DNA from: Octopus sinensis
Taxonomy: Eukaryota
DNA: 64,000 bases
NCBI RefSeq assembly: GCF_006345805.1
Contig: NC_043016.1
Span: forward strand, 12,896,001 to 12,960,000
Direction of reading: 5' to 3'
The notes beneath the pieces were generated by a model. The model ran no database searches and had not been told where the DNA came from. It saw only the letters and a list, made by a program, of their open reading frames with translations. This document shows, piece after piece, positions 50,314-63,070 of this stretch (its first letter is position 1; the number at the start of each line of letters is the position of its first letter). The position numbers and the translations under genes were made by a program.

Positions 50314-51522
50314 CATGGGCTTCTTTCAGTTTCCCTCCACCAAATCCAATCACAAGGCTTTGGTCAGCTGGAGGATATAGTTGAGATGCTTACCCAATGT
50401 ATCACACAGGGTCGATTAAATAAGTACCAGTTACGCCCTGGAGTTGATGTAATAGACTTAATCCCTTTTTCTGCCTCCTCTATGTTTGGACCCCCTGAAA
50501 TAAAAACTATTATTGTTACTATACACAATAATTTCATTTATCATTGTTATGAATTGGACCTAGCTACTTTCTCTCCAACCTTCAGTTAACATTTTCCCTC
50601 TCTGTTTTCATCTCTGTATACGACATGATATAATGACGTAAAAGTGACGTCGATTACTAATATCCTACCATCAACTAGTAACAGACCTACCACATGTCAC
50701 ATAACTTGATTGCAAGGCTATCTCTAAATGTGTCGAATTAATTTCTCACATGAGAGAGCAAAAATTACTTCAGTTTACTTCTTATCTGTTTTAAAGTGGA
50801 CCAGCAACATCAGCAATAATATCCATTCATGATTACTCATGCATGAATGAATGAATGCTGTCAAAATAGTTGTGCCATGCTAAAATTGTAACCAAGAAAG
50901 TGAAAGAAATTAATGTATTATTTTCTGCCAGATTTTCCCATTTTATAGGAAATGAATGAGTGCTGGCATGGGTGTGCGGTAGGAAATTTGCTTTCTAGCT
51001 ACATGGTTTTGGGTTCAGTCCCCTGCTGTGCAGCACCTTAGGCAAGTGCCTTCTACTACAGCCCTGAGCTGACCAAATCCTTGCGAGTGGATTTGGTAGG
51101 TAGATGGAAACTGAAAGAAGCCTGTTGTATATGTGTGTGTGTGTGTCTACTTGACACTACTTGTGTCACCACCTGACAACTACTGTTGGTTTGTTTACAT
51201 TCATGTAAATTAGTAGTCCTGCAAAAGACACTGACAGAATAAGTACCAGATTTAAGGGACAAAAAGAGTACTGGGAGTCAATTTGTTTAACTAAAACCCT
51301 TCAAGGTGGTACCTTTGCATGACTGCAATCCAATGACTGAAATGTGTAAAAGATAAAGCAAAACAAAATATAAACAAACATTGCTTACCAACCACATAGT
51401 TCCAGGTTCAATCCCACTGTGTGGCACCTTGGGCAAGTGTCTTCTACTATAGCCTCAGGCTGACCAAAGCCTTGTGAGTGGATTTGGTAGATGGAAACTG
51501 AAAGAAGCCTGTTGTGTGTTTA

Positions 51523-51569
<47 letters not shown>

Positions 51570-51865
51570 TTGACCCCCTCACCATTGCTTGATAACCGAT
51601 GCTGGTATTTTAGCAGTTCGGCAAAAGTAATAATAGTAATGATGATGGTGATAACAATCCTTTCTACTATAGGTAGAGGCCAGAAACTTTTGGTGGAAAG
51701 GGCTAATTAATTACATTGACTTCACTGCTTATTTTACTGACCCTGTAAGAATGACAGGCAAAGTTGACCCTGGCAGAATTTGAACTCAGAATATAATGGG
51801 TTGGAAGAAATACTGGCAAACATTTTGTTTGCCCCTCTAATGATTCTGGTAGCTCCCTACCTTAA

Positions 51866-52082
51866 CCCTTTTGATACCAACCCAGCTGAAACCACCTTTG
51901 GCTCTGTAATGCAAATGTCTTGTTTTCATAAGTTTTGAATTAAAATCTTCCAGCAAACCTTAGTCACAATTTATGTTCCTAACACTAGATTAATGACAAG
52001 TAAGTTATTTTACTAAATTCTTTGTTATTTTTAAAGTAATTGAAACACAGAGCATCTCAACAGAAATATGGTAACAAAAGGG
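51866..52082. mobile_element. piggyBac-type MITE family A (reverse orientation)
   Basis: TTAA at 51862-51865 and 52083-52086; CCCTTTTG..AC TIRs. Confidence 0.88.
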
Positions 52083-53044
52083 TTAATAATAATAATTATA
52101 ATGATGATGATTTCTGACATTAATTAGCACAAGGCATAAATTAGTGGGAGGGGTAGCATTTGTTAAAACAAACCTAGTACATGACAGATACTTTTTTTTT
52201 TAATCAGGTGCAGGCATGTGGTTGCTTCTCAACCATGTGGTTTTGGGTTCAATCATAATGTGTGGCATCTTGGGCAATTGTCTTGTATTATAGCCTTGAA
52301 CTGACCAATGCCTTCTGAGTGCATTTCATAGACAGAAACTGAAAGAAGCCCATCATATATGTATTTGTGTTCCCCTGTCACTACTTTACAATCGGTGTTG
52401 GTGTGTTTACGTCCCTGTAACCTAGCGGTTTTGCAAAAGAAAAGGGCTATAACTAAATACTGTAAATTGAAACCTCACTGTTAGCTATTTGCTAATGGTT
52501 ATTTGTTGCCTTGTTCTGTGTGTGCACCACCTGGCTGTTAGGAATAGTTCCTGATTACCTGGGAATGTTTATCTGCAAAGGACTGGTTCCGTATCCTTAA
52601 TACTATGAAGGTAGTTCTAAGTACTGACCCTTTTAAAAAGCACTTTTGGTATAGGAAGTGTATTGGCATTTATGTGTGCATATGTATGAGTATTTGTGTG
52701 TGCATGTGCATGTGCACACACACACACATGCACGTGCATGTGTGTGTGTGTGTGTGCACAGCTCTGTTTTTCTTAGCTGTGGTCACTGATCTTTCTGATA
52801 TCACTCAAAGCATTTTCTTAATGGTTTTAGAAGCCTACGTGTGGTAACATTCCAATGGCTGCCTAAAATATTTGTATTGGTTAACTTGAGGAGTTATATT
52901 TAAATATTGATTGATTAATTGACTGTTGGTGTAACGTAATAGATATTGCATCACATTTCATTAGCATTATCATTTGTCGTTACTATGGTTATGATTTTCG
53001 TCATCGTTATAATTGTCACGATCGTCATTACTAACATTGTTGAT

Positions 53045-53345
53045 TTACAAACATCAATCATCACCACCATCAATCATCATCACCGTCACCGTCAATCACC
53101 GTGACCGTCACCATCAATCATCGTGACCGTCACCGCCAATCATTGTGACCGTCACCGTCAATCATTGTGACTGTCACCATCAATGATCATCGTCACCATC
53201 ACTGTCAATCATCATCGTCATCGTCAATCATCACCGTCACCGCCAAGCACCATCATCACTGACAATCGTCAGCCAATCGTCATCGTCACTGTCAATCATT
53301 ATTGTCGTCAGTCATCATCACAATCACCATCAACATCACTATCAT
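53045..53345. repeat. (CAT/CAC/CGT)n-derived repeat with a 22-bp higher-order unit
   Basis: Four consecutive CAATCAYYGTGACYGTCACCRY units at about 53093-53180. Confidence 0.85.
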
Positions 53346-55122
53346 AATTAAAATGCCATACCAGAGTGTCTTTCTATTTTAGTCAATTTCAAGGTGAAGT
53401 AAAACTACCCCATGGTGCCATAACAGCATGGGGCACTTACTTTTGAACCAGAAGTTTAAGATGGGTGGATGGTGGAAGTTTGGTAAATGTTTAGTTTGAA
53501 ATGTTGTGGGTTCATATTTTTGGCTGGCATCTACCTACGTAAGGCAAGTTTCACTGTAATAAAGCTTGTTATTTCAGATAGTGTTATTATTATCTCCCCA
53601 CATCTTTTTCTTTTGCTTTTCTATACTTTAGTGTAGGGAGTTTTATTAGAACTTAGAATAATTGTTTTTAGAGCTGGGTGCTCATCTAATTGATAACCAT
53701 TACAACACTCTGAAGCTGGAGGGGAGAGTTAGGTTTGAGGGGGTGGGTGGGATGTCAGTCAAAATGAGCAGACTTATGTGGGCTTGCTAGGTCCCTCTAC
53801 TGTTCATGTTTGTATCTCAAAAGGGTCAACTTTACTGCTTATCTTTTTTTTTTTTTGAAATAAAATGTTTTGTGTGTGTTTTGACTATGGACTGATGTGA
53901 AGATTATTTCACTATCTTCCTTTGACTGGGAAGGACAAGTATGTTTTCTTTTGTTTAGTGGTGAAAGGAATTATGTAGTGGATGTAATTGAAAGAACTAA
54001 AGACAGCTAGTTTTTTCTATGGCCAGTTCCTCATTGACTGTTTCAAGTTTTGTTTGTTGAGGAGGATGAGATCAGAGAAGGTGATACTGTTCCTCCCCAC
54101 CTGTAAATGTGATGTGTGAGAGATAACCATAACCTGGGTGAATGTATCTACTCAATGTATCTATAGGCCAGGTAATGGTAACTGGGAGTAATCATGTATC
54201 TGTAGGGTTCCTTAATTGATCCACTCGAATACTGGCATTGGCTTCAGCTACTTCCATTCTCACCACCTTTAAATATCTAGTCTTGTACTTGCATTAGAAA
54301 TTATTTTAATGAAATAAATATCTTTACAGACAAATAAAACTTTTTTTTTTTAATGCGCTATTGAATTAATTGCTGGAAGAGATTGGATGAATTAAGACTG
54401 ATGTATGGGACACATTTTTCAGCCAGTCATAAGATAAATACAGGGACTGCAAACAGGCATGTGATGAAAAATTTCATCTATAAGAGTTACTATGACAACT
54501 GGTCATAATTATTACTGATATGAGATGGGTGGTGGTGGGGGGGAAGAAAGTTTTAGGCTCCAGCAGATCATTATTAAAAATGGGATTGGAATGAAGTAAG
54601 CAGTGAAGTGTTGTTAATAAAGTGGGTGAATTTTTCTTGCAAAATTCCCTTGAGCATCAAGAGAAATGGGAGCTGTAAATTCTTCTAAGACATTTTCTTG
54701 GGGCAATATATGAAGACTTTCGAGGAATAAAGTACAGTTTTTTCTGAAAACCAGGATCTGTTTATGCATTTCATAATTAGACTGCTTCGTTGATATTTCA
54801 TTGAACACGAATAAATAATCAAATAAATAACCTCAAATTCGGATACAGATGTTTAACTGGAAAAAGGATATGGGTGGGGAGAAATGAAGAATTTGTAAAT
54901 AATTTGAAAATATTTTCTCTTACAGAAATTAAGTTTTTCTGCATTTTTTTTTCATTTTTTTTTTGTCCCCTAAAAACTGAAACAGTATTTATTATTTCAT
55001 CTCTCTACTACTACTACTACTGTCTTTACTTCATAGCCTACAGCTATTGGTAAAGTAACTATCTGTAATATACTGCAGTATATACATCAGCATGTTAATT
55101 TCATTCATTGTGCCTCTGTTAA

Positions 55123-55527
55123 TACTCTTTACTCTTTTACTTGTTTCAGTCATTTGACTGCGGCCATGCTGCAGCACCGCCTTTAGTCGAGCAAATCGAC
55201 CCCGGGACTTATTCTTTGTAAGCCCAGTACTTATTCTATCGGTCTCTTTTGCTGAACCACTAAGTGACGGGGACGTAAATACACCAGCATCGGTTGTCAA
55301 GCAATGCTAGGGGGACAAACACAGACACACAAACATATATACACACATACATATATATATACATATATACGACAAGCTTCTTTCAGTTTCCGTCTACCAA
55401 ATCCACTCACAAGGCTTTGGTTGGCCCGAGGCTATAGCAGAAAACACTTGCCCAAGATGCTACGCAGTGGGATTGAACCCGGAACCATGTGGCTGGTTAG
55501 CAAGCTACTTACCACATAGCCACTCCA
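55123..55527 (-). mobile_element. Young SINE family A
   Basis: Near-identical to 58416-58801 and 23841-24244. Confidence 0.92.
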
Positions 55528-56301
55528 ATGCTTACATCTTTTGAATATTCTTTTATGTAAATATATCTAAATATCTTGATTTCTTATTAAATATCTAAAT
55601 GTCTGTAATATTAACAACAGCAGCTCATCTCGGTTTTCAAACCATTTAGCAATGAGACATTTAAAAAAATAATATTTACAACTGCACATCAAAGCAATCA
55701 TTGCAATAGGTTTTGATCCCTAATGGTCACTGAGTGTCATATTCCTGAATGTATATTAATTTTTTTCTTCTAAATCATTGGAAATATCTTCAGTTTGAAA
55801 ATTTATAGGAATATTAATACTTCTATTAATTAGCAGCTTGTTGTTCATACATTCATCATCATCATCATCATCGTTTAACGTCCGCTTTCCATGCTAGCAT
55901 AGGTTTGACGATTTTGACTGAGGGCTGGTGAACCAGATGGCTGCACCAGGCTCCAATCTTGATCTGGCAGAGTTTACAAGATAACATTATAGCTATGAAG
56001 TGCTTTGGTTTTAATACATTGACTCAATGAGCTACAAGCATGCCACACTTTAGTGCAATGTTTGTCATAGGTAGAGGGAAACAACCCTTTTCTGGAGTAA
56101 TGTGCTGAGGATTGAAAAAAGGTGGATGGATGAATTGCTGTCTAGCCCATTAGTATTTAAACTGGCCAGATCCAACCTCTCTCACCTACCCTACAACGTC
56201 ATTCTGAAAATTGTCACATCATTTAAATCTTGAAGGTACAATATAATATGCATGATTAATTCAAAATAATGTGAATAAATAAGAATTACATTTGAAGAGT
56301 A

Positions 56302-56551
56302 GTGGAGCTGCATGGCTTAGTGGGTTAGGGTGTTGAACTCTTGACCAAATGGTTGCGATTTCATTTCCTGGACCAGGTGATGCTTTGTGTTCTTGAGCAA
56401 AACACTTCATTTCATGTTGCCCTAGTCCACTCAACTGGCAAAGATGAGTAATCCTTTGATAGATTGGCATTCTGTCCAGAGAAGAATTTATACACCAGAG
56501 AAACCAGAAAACCAGCCCCTATGTTCCTTGCAGAGCAATGTGGACTAACTG
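56302..56551 (+). mobile_element. SINE family D nested in a MITE B (56143-56585)
   Basis: 13-bp TSD CATTTGAA(G/A)AGTA with one mismatch (56289-56301, 56552-56564); the MITE resumes after it. Confidence 0.8.
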
Positions 56552-56656
56552 CATTTGAAAAGTAATCTGAATGCTAAAGGGTTAATTAATTAAAATTAAC
56601 ATAGTTTTAGATTTAGGCAAAGAATTATATGGATGCAATCTTTGTGTTGTTCTTAA

Positions 56657-57127
56657 CCCTTTTCTTACCATATTTCTGCTGAGATGCTCTGTGTTTCTTT
56701 CAATTAATTTTAAATATAACAAAGAATTTAGTAAAATGACTTAGTTATCATTAAGCTAGTGTTAGGAACGTAAATTGTGACTAAGGTTTGGTGGAAGATT
56801 TTAATTCAAAACTTAGGGAAACAAGACATTTGTACTTCAGAATGGGAGGCAGTTTCAGGTGGGTTGTTATCTAAAGGGTTAAGAATTGTTTCTCTATTAT
56901 ATATTTAAACCCTTTTGTTACCCTATTTCTGTTGAGATGCTCTGTGTTTTAATTAATTTTAAATATAACAAAGAATTTAGTAAAATAACTTGGTTATCAT
57001 TCAGCTAGTGTTAGGAACATAAATTGTGACTAAGGTTTGGTGGAAGATTTTAATTCAGAACTTTTAAAAACAAGACATTTGTATTATAGAGGTAGAGGCA
57101 GTTTCAGCTGGGTTGGTATTAAAAGGG
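56657..57127. mobile_element. Two tandem piggyBac-type MITE A copies (56657-56878 and 56910-57127)
   Basis: Each is bounded by TTAA and CCCTTT / AAAGGG TIRs. Confidence 0.9.
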
Positions 57128-57588
57128 TTAATAAAAAGAGAGGGGTTTCATAATATTTTGGTGAGTGGACCTGCTGGAATTTATTAATTTGAGAACTGCA
57201 GCAATAGAGTAATGTTTCCATATTCTGAATGACATCTTACATGCAAACATTCTGGACAGCATCCAGAATGGGACAATAAATATGGCTAAGTGACTGACAA
57301 ACCTTCAACCACTGATGTACTACAACCACTAGCCATCATAAATGATGTTTCTTATTGCTTTCCATTTGTTATTACTGTTATATATATATAACATGTAATA
57401 ACCTCTGTAAACAGTTGCAGTTATTAATATGTTGTAACAATTGATGTACAATACATGGCATTCACTTGCTGTCATAAGTGCAGGTTGTTTTTGCTATCCA
57501 TGTTACTACATCATCTTCACCATTGTTTAACCTTCATTTTCCATGCTGGCATGGGTTGGATGGTTCAACAGAAAGCAATGGACCAAAG

Positions 57589-57838
57589 CAAAGGAGGAGG
57601 AGGTGAAAGCAAAGGTGGCGAGCTGGCAGAAATGTTAGCATGCTGGGCGAAATGCTTAGCTGTATTTTGTCTGTTATGTTCAGAGTTCAAATTCCATGAG
57701 GTCGACTTTGTCTTTCATTTCTTTGGGGTCAATAAATTAAGTACCAGTTACGCACTGGGGTCGATGTAATCGACTTAATCCCTTTCTTTGTCCTTGTTTG
57801 TCTCCTCTGTTTAGCCCCCTGTAGGCAATAAAGGAATA
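57589..57838 (+). mobile_element. Young SINE family C nested in a SINE B, with a 19-bp TSD
   Basis: Perfect TSD AGAAAGCAATGGACCAAAG at 57570-57588 and 57839-57857; the SINE head starts at about 57612. Confidence 0.92.
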
Positions 57839-58062
57839 AGAAAGCAATGGACCAAAGGACTGCATCCTACTTCAGTGTTTTCTTTGGTATGTTTTCTACA
57901 CTGGATGCCCTTCCTAATGCCAACCACTTTACAGAGTGTAATCAGTGCTCTTTTTATGGCACCTCACACCAGTGAGGTCATGAAGTACACACAAGACCTC
58001 TCAACTGATAGAAGGGCAAGAACAAACGTCATTCTGAAGGAAAGACACATGATTTCTCAATT

Positions 58063-58100
<38 letters not shown>

Positions 58101-58415
58101 AAGGTATAAGATGAATATGAGAGAGAATAGGTATAGAGGAACAGAAAGATTGGTGGATAGGTAAGTTTGAGTGTGAAATGAATAATCAAAAATTAGAAAT
58201 GGGGATTGTGGATGAGGTGAATATCAGTTTGGGGGAGGTGAGGTGAAGGAAATAAGAGTGGATCAAGAAGTAGGAGGAGGAGGAGGTTATAATGGCATTG
58301 ATTGGAAGACAATGGGAAGTGTAGGGTGGGGGATAAAGCACCTGAGTGAGAGTAAAAGCCCAGAAGATTAATGGAGGGATGGCTGGTTTTGCTGAGACGG
58401 GTGGGTTTCTTCATA

Positions 58416-58801
58416 TTACTCTTTTACTCTTTTACTTGTTTCAGTCATTTGACTGCGGCCATGCTGGAGCACCGCCTTTAGTCGAGCAAATCGACCCCGG
58501 TACTTATTCTTTGTAAGCCCAGTACTTATTCTATCGGTCTCTTTTGCCGAACCGCTAAGTGACGGGGACGTAAACACACCAGCATTGGTTGTCAAGCAAT
58601 GCTAGGGGACAAACACACACACACACACATATATATACATATATACGACAGGCTTCTTTCAGTTTCCGTCTACCAAATCCACTCACAAGGCATTGGTCGG
58701 CACGGGTCTATAGCAGAAGACACTTGCCCAAGATGCCACGCAGTGGGACTGAACCCGGAACCATGTGCTTGGTAAGCAAGCTACTTACCACACAGCCACT
58801 C
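58416..58801 (-). mobile_element. Young SINE family A
   Basis: Full family A structure with CpGs retained. Confidence 0.92.
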
Positions 58802-59487
58802 TTGTACCTGTGTGTATAACATTTATTAATACATGTGCCATTGATGTACAAAACACATGGCATCAGGTAGCCATCGTAAATGCTGGTTCTTCTCGCTATC
58901 CATGTTGCTACATATTGTAATATATGTCACTGTTACAGTCAGAATGTTACTACAATGTCGTACTTATATATAACATGCAGTAACTGTAGACGCAGTAACA
59001 GCTGTTTACACTTTAACAGTTATTTCATGTCATGATGTACGGTTTCAATACAAGTACATCAATACAACCGAAAACCACTTTATCAGAAAAGCATAATGAT
59101 TGTTAGGGATATATAAAGTGTTGAGCTACAGACCATGCAATCTGAGTTCAAACTGTGTTGTAGTCATTGTGTTGCTCTACTTGAAATGAGTTACTGTGGA
59201 GACCTCAGATGGGCGATTGCAAAGAAAGAAAAACTTTGTAGAAACCACCTCAAAAAAAACCTTATGATCTTTTAATGATCAATTCTTGTTTGTTTTTATC
59301 ATTTACACTAGGTGTAAACCTTGATTAAATATTCAGGGTAGATAGTTGGTATTAATAAAGTGTACAAAAACTCTATTGTTAAGAGATATGTAAAACTATT
59401 ATCAGAGTAAAGCATTTATACACATACATCATCTCTATCTGTCTGTTTCTCTGTCTCTCTGTTGCACACACACACACACATAAAAGC

Positions 59488-59522
<35 letters not shown>

Positions 59523-60089
59523 AATAAAGGCTCACACACACACACAAAGGCGCACATACACACACACTCACACACAAATAAAAGCTCACACACACACACA
59601 CACAAAAACAAAGGCTGAGTTAAGTTGTACTTACATGCACATTTAAACATGAAAACAACATAAATACTATTTTTTAGTAGATTTATTTGCAGTCATATTT
59701 ACATGTGTTGTTGTTGTTGTTATTATTATTATTATTATTATTGATATTATTAAGGTGGTGAGCTGGCAGTCGTTATGGTACTGGATAAAATGCTTAGCAT
59801 CATTTCACCCATATTTACATTTCTGAGTTCAAATCCTGCCGAGGTCAACTTTGCCTTTCATCTTTTTGGGAGTCAGTGAACAAAAAAAAAGTACCAGTCA
59901 AGTACTGGGGTTGATGCAATTGACTATGCTCTGTCTCCCCAAAATTTCTGGTCTTTTGCCTCTTGTAGAAATATTTATATTGCAATTATTACTGTTTTCT
60001 TTAATCACATAAGAATAATAATTATAATTAGCTGAATCATAATAGGTACACTCATTCTCTCTCTCTCTCTCTCTTATACACACATGCAC

Positions 60090-60645
60090 TCTCCATCTTT
60101 GTCTCTATCTTTATCTCTATCTCTCTTTGTCTCTGTCCCTCTCTGTTTCTGTCACTGTCTCTCTCTCTCTTTGTCTCTGTCCCTCTCTGTCTCTATCTCT
60201 GTCTGTCTCTGTCTCTCTCTCTATCTCTGTCTCTCTCTCTCTCCATCTCTGTCTCTCTATCACTATCTCTGTCTCTCTATCACTATCTCTGTCTCTCTCT
60301 ATCACTATCTCTGTCTCTTTCTATCACTGTCTCTCTCTATCTCTGTCTCTCTCTATCACTATCTCTGTCTCTCTCTATCACTATCTATGTCTCTATCACT
60401 ATCTCTGTCTCTCTATCACTATCTCTGTCTCTTTCTATCACTGTCTCTCTCTCTCTATCACTGTCTCTCTCTCTCTATCTCTGTCTCTCTCTATCACTAT
60501 CTCTGTCTCTCTCTATCACTATCTCTGTCTCTTTCTATCACTGTCCCTCTCTCTCAATCTCTGTCTCTCTCTATCACTATCCCTGTCTCTCTCTATCACT
60601 GTCTCTCTCTCTCTCCATCTCTGTCTCTCTCTATGTCTCTCTAAT
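60090..60645. repeat. CT-rich minisatellite, unit about 20 bp (CTCTCTATCACTATCTCTGT)
   Basis: Direct inspection. Confidence 0.95.
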
Positions 60646-60930
60646 GACACTGAGTGAAAAGGCATTAATGATGACTTCATTTTCACTGCAATTAATGTAT
60701 TATATAGGTTTGAACCCATGGAAAATGTATGCTTATATTTAGTATAAATATTGAATTTCGAAAGTGCAGGGAAGTAATGTCTGACTTGTATTAAAGTACC
60801 AACCGTTTAAGTTACACACAAACACATTCAGTGCCCTCCACACTGTTACAGTTTGCCAGATCTAGTCACAAGGTATTGACTGACTTTGTGGTTCTTAGTT
60901 CAATCCTACCACGTGGTACCCTTTTGTTAA

Positions 60931-61144
60931 CCTTTTCGTTACTGTATTTATTTTGAAATGCTGTTTCATTCAATTACTTTAAATATAACAAAGAATTTAG
61001 TAAAGTAACTTAGTCATTATTAAGCTAGTGTTAGGAATATAAATTGTGACTAAGGTTTGGTGGAAGATTTTAATTCAAAACTTATGAAAACAAGACATTA
61101 GTACTCAGTCAGAGGTGGTTTCAGCCGGGTTGGTAATGAAAGGG
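60931..61144. mobile_element. piggyBac-type MITE family A
   Basis: TTAA at 60927-60930 and 61145-61148, with TIRs. Confidence 0.88.
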
Positions 61145-61531
61145 TTAAGGGATTTCTGCTACAGGACAAAGTTTTGAAAGCAAACTTCTTAACCATGCTG
61201 GTGCACCTTTGTGCACATAATTATGCTGGTACACATGTACATGCACATACTCATAAGCTCAAAACATGAGCACGGTCTTGTTAATCGTCCATCTGTAACT
61301 AATGTAATAGACATCTTTTATCTTTCATTTATTTCAGTCTTTAGACTGTGGCCATGCTGGGGCACTGCTTTGAATAGCTTAGTGGAACAAATCAACCCAT
61401 TACTATTTGAACTTGGTATTTATTTAATTGGTCTTTTTTGCTGAACCACTAAGTTGCAGTGATGTACACAAATCAACACCAGTTATCAAGGAGTGATTGA
61501 AGACATATACATACACACATATCTATACATA

Positions 61532-61754
61532 GAGGGTTGGCCAGAAGTCACCTGACAGTATATCAAAATTCCATAAATACTATCTGTAATTTTGTATCGA
61601 CTCGAATGGAAAAATGTGTCGCTCAAGAAGGACTTCAGTTTGAACAATTTTCATGATGTTTCATATTTAGATGCTTTTATCAAATTCATTCAGTGATTAA
61701 ATATAAATAAATCTTTAGAATTAAATGGTTTTGATTTACTATTGGCCAACCCTG
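61532..61754 (+). mobile_element. Internally deleted Tc1/mariner-superfamily element (rosa/maT-like C-terminus)
   Basis: TA-flanked TIRs GAGGGTTGGCCA / TGGCCAACCCTG; retains RMEKCVAQEGLQFEQFS*. Confidence 0.75.
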
Positions 61755-62516
61755 TATAATGGGGATTCCAGAGTTTCCACCTACCAAATTTACTCAGAGG
61801 CATTGGTTGACACCTATGGCTATAGTAGAAAATACTTGCCTAATGTGCTGTGCAGTGGGACTGAACCGGAGACCATGTGGCTACAAAATGAGCTTCTTAA
61901 CAGCAGGGCCATATTATATCTTTATTAATTTATTATATCTTTATTAATCTTTTTGTCTTTTTTATTAAGTTAAAATTCAGTTATGATTTCCTTGGTCAAT
62001 ATCTTTTATCTTTTACTTGTTTCATTCATTGGGCTGCTGCTGTGGTGGGACTCTGTCTTGGAGGCTTTAAATGAACAAAGCACCGTCAGTGCTTTTGTTT
62101 TAGGGGTAAACCCCCTCCCCCCAGTCATGAATGACCATGAGACTGCACCTAGAAAATTCCCCTCTGAGGCACAAGTCTGTGCAAGGTTGGTTATGTAAGA
62201 CCAACAGTCATCCATGCATACAAGCCTGCACTCTCCATACCACTGATTTTACCCAAGGTAAAGGCAAAGGGGCCGATACAGCTTGGCACCAGTGATGTTG
62301 CAACTCATTTTCTACAACAGAGTGAACTGGAGCAACGTGAAATAAAGTGTCTTGCTCAAGAACACAACACACAGCCTAGTCTGGCAATCGAACTCACTAC
62401 CTCATAATTGTGAGCCTGATACTCTAACCACTGAGTCATGCACCAGCCTGGTACTATATTCTATAGTTTTCTTTGTGTAAACAAACCAATACCTGTTGTC
62501 AAATGGTGGTAGGGGA

Positions 62517-62556
<40 letters not shown>

Positions 62557-62744
62557 TGATGGGCTTCTTTCAGTTTCCGGCTACCAAATTCACTCATGGC
62601 TTTAGTCGGCCAAAAGCTATAGCAGAAGATACTTACCTAAAGTGCCCCACAGTAGGACTGAACTCAGAACCATGTGGTTATGAAGCAAGCTTCTTACTAC
62701 ACAACCATGCCTCCTAGAATAATAGATTTATGTTTTTACACTCA

Positions 62745-63070
62745 TGCACCCCTTTGTGGTATTCTTTCAGTTCATCTAGAAATGAGTTCTCATTTGCCTA
62801 GTGAGTGTTTGTCCTCCACAATATTACTGTTAAGACTCCGTATTTTGTACCCAGGTAGATGATTTGTTTGTAGTCTTGGGGTTTTGTTTCTTTATGCTTT
62901 TAGTCTTGGACATTTTAATGTCTGTTAAACGTCTTAACCAGAAGTTTATAACTTTTATAGTTTCCTGGAGCTTTCCCATTCATTTCTTTGTAGTTTCTGA
63001 ACTATTTCTTGTTATCGCTTGCCACAAGTGTTCAGGCATTGCACTTGTTGTTTTGAACATTTTCAGATGC
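62745..63070 (-). mobile_element. Decayed RT N-terminal fragment of an RLE-type (R4/Dong-like) LINE
   Basis: Across frameshifts: NGKAPGNYK / INFWLRRLTDI and KPQDYKQIIYLGTKYGVLTVIL, resembling WKAPG.D....FWLK.L and P.NYRPITCL.T.YKILT. Confidence 0.65.
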
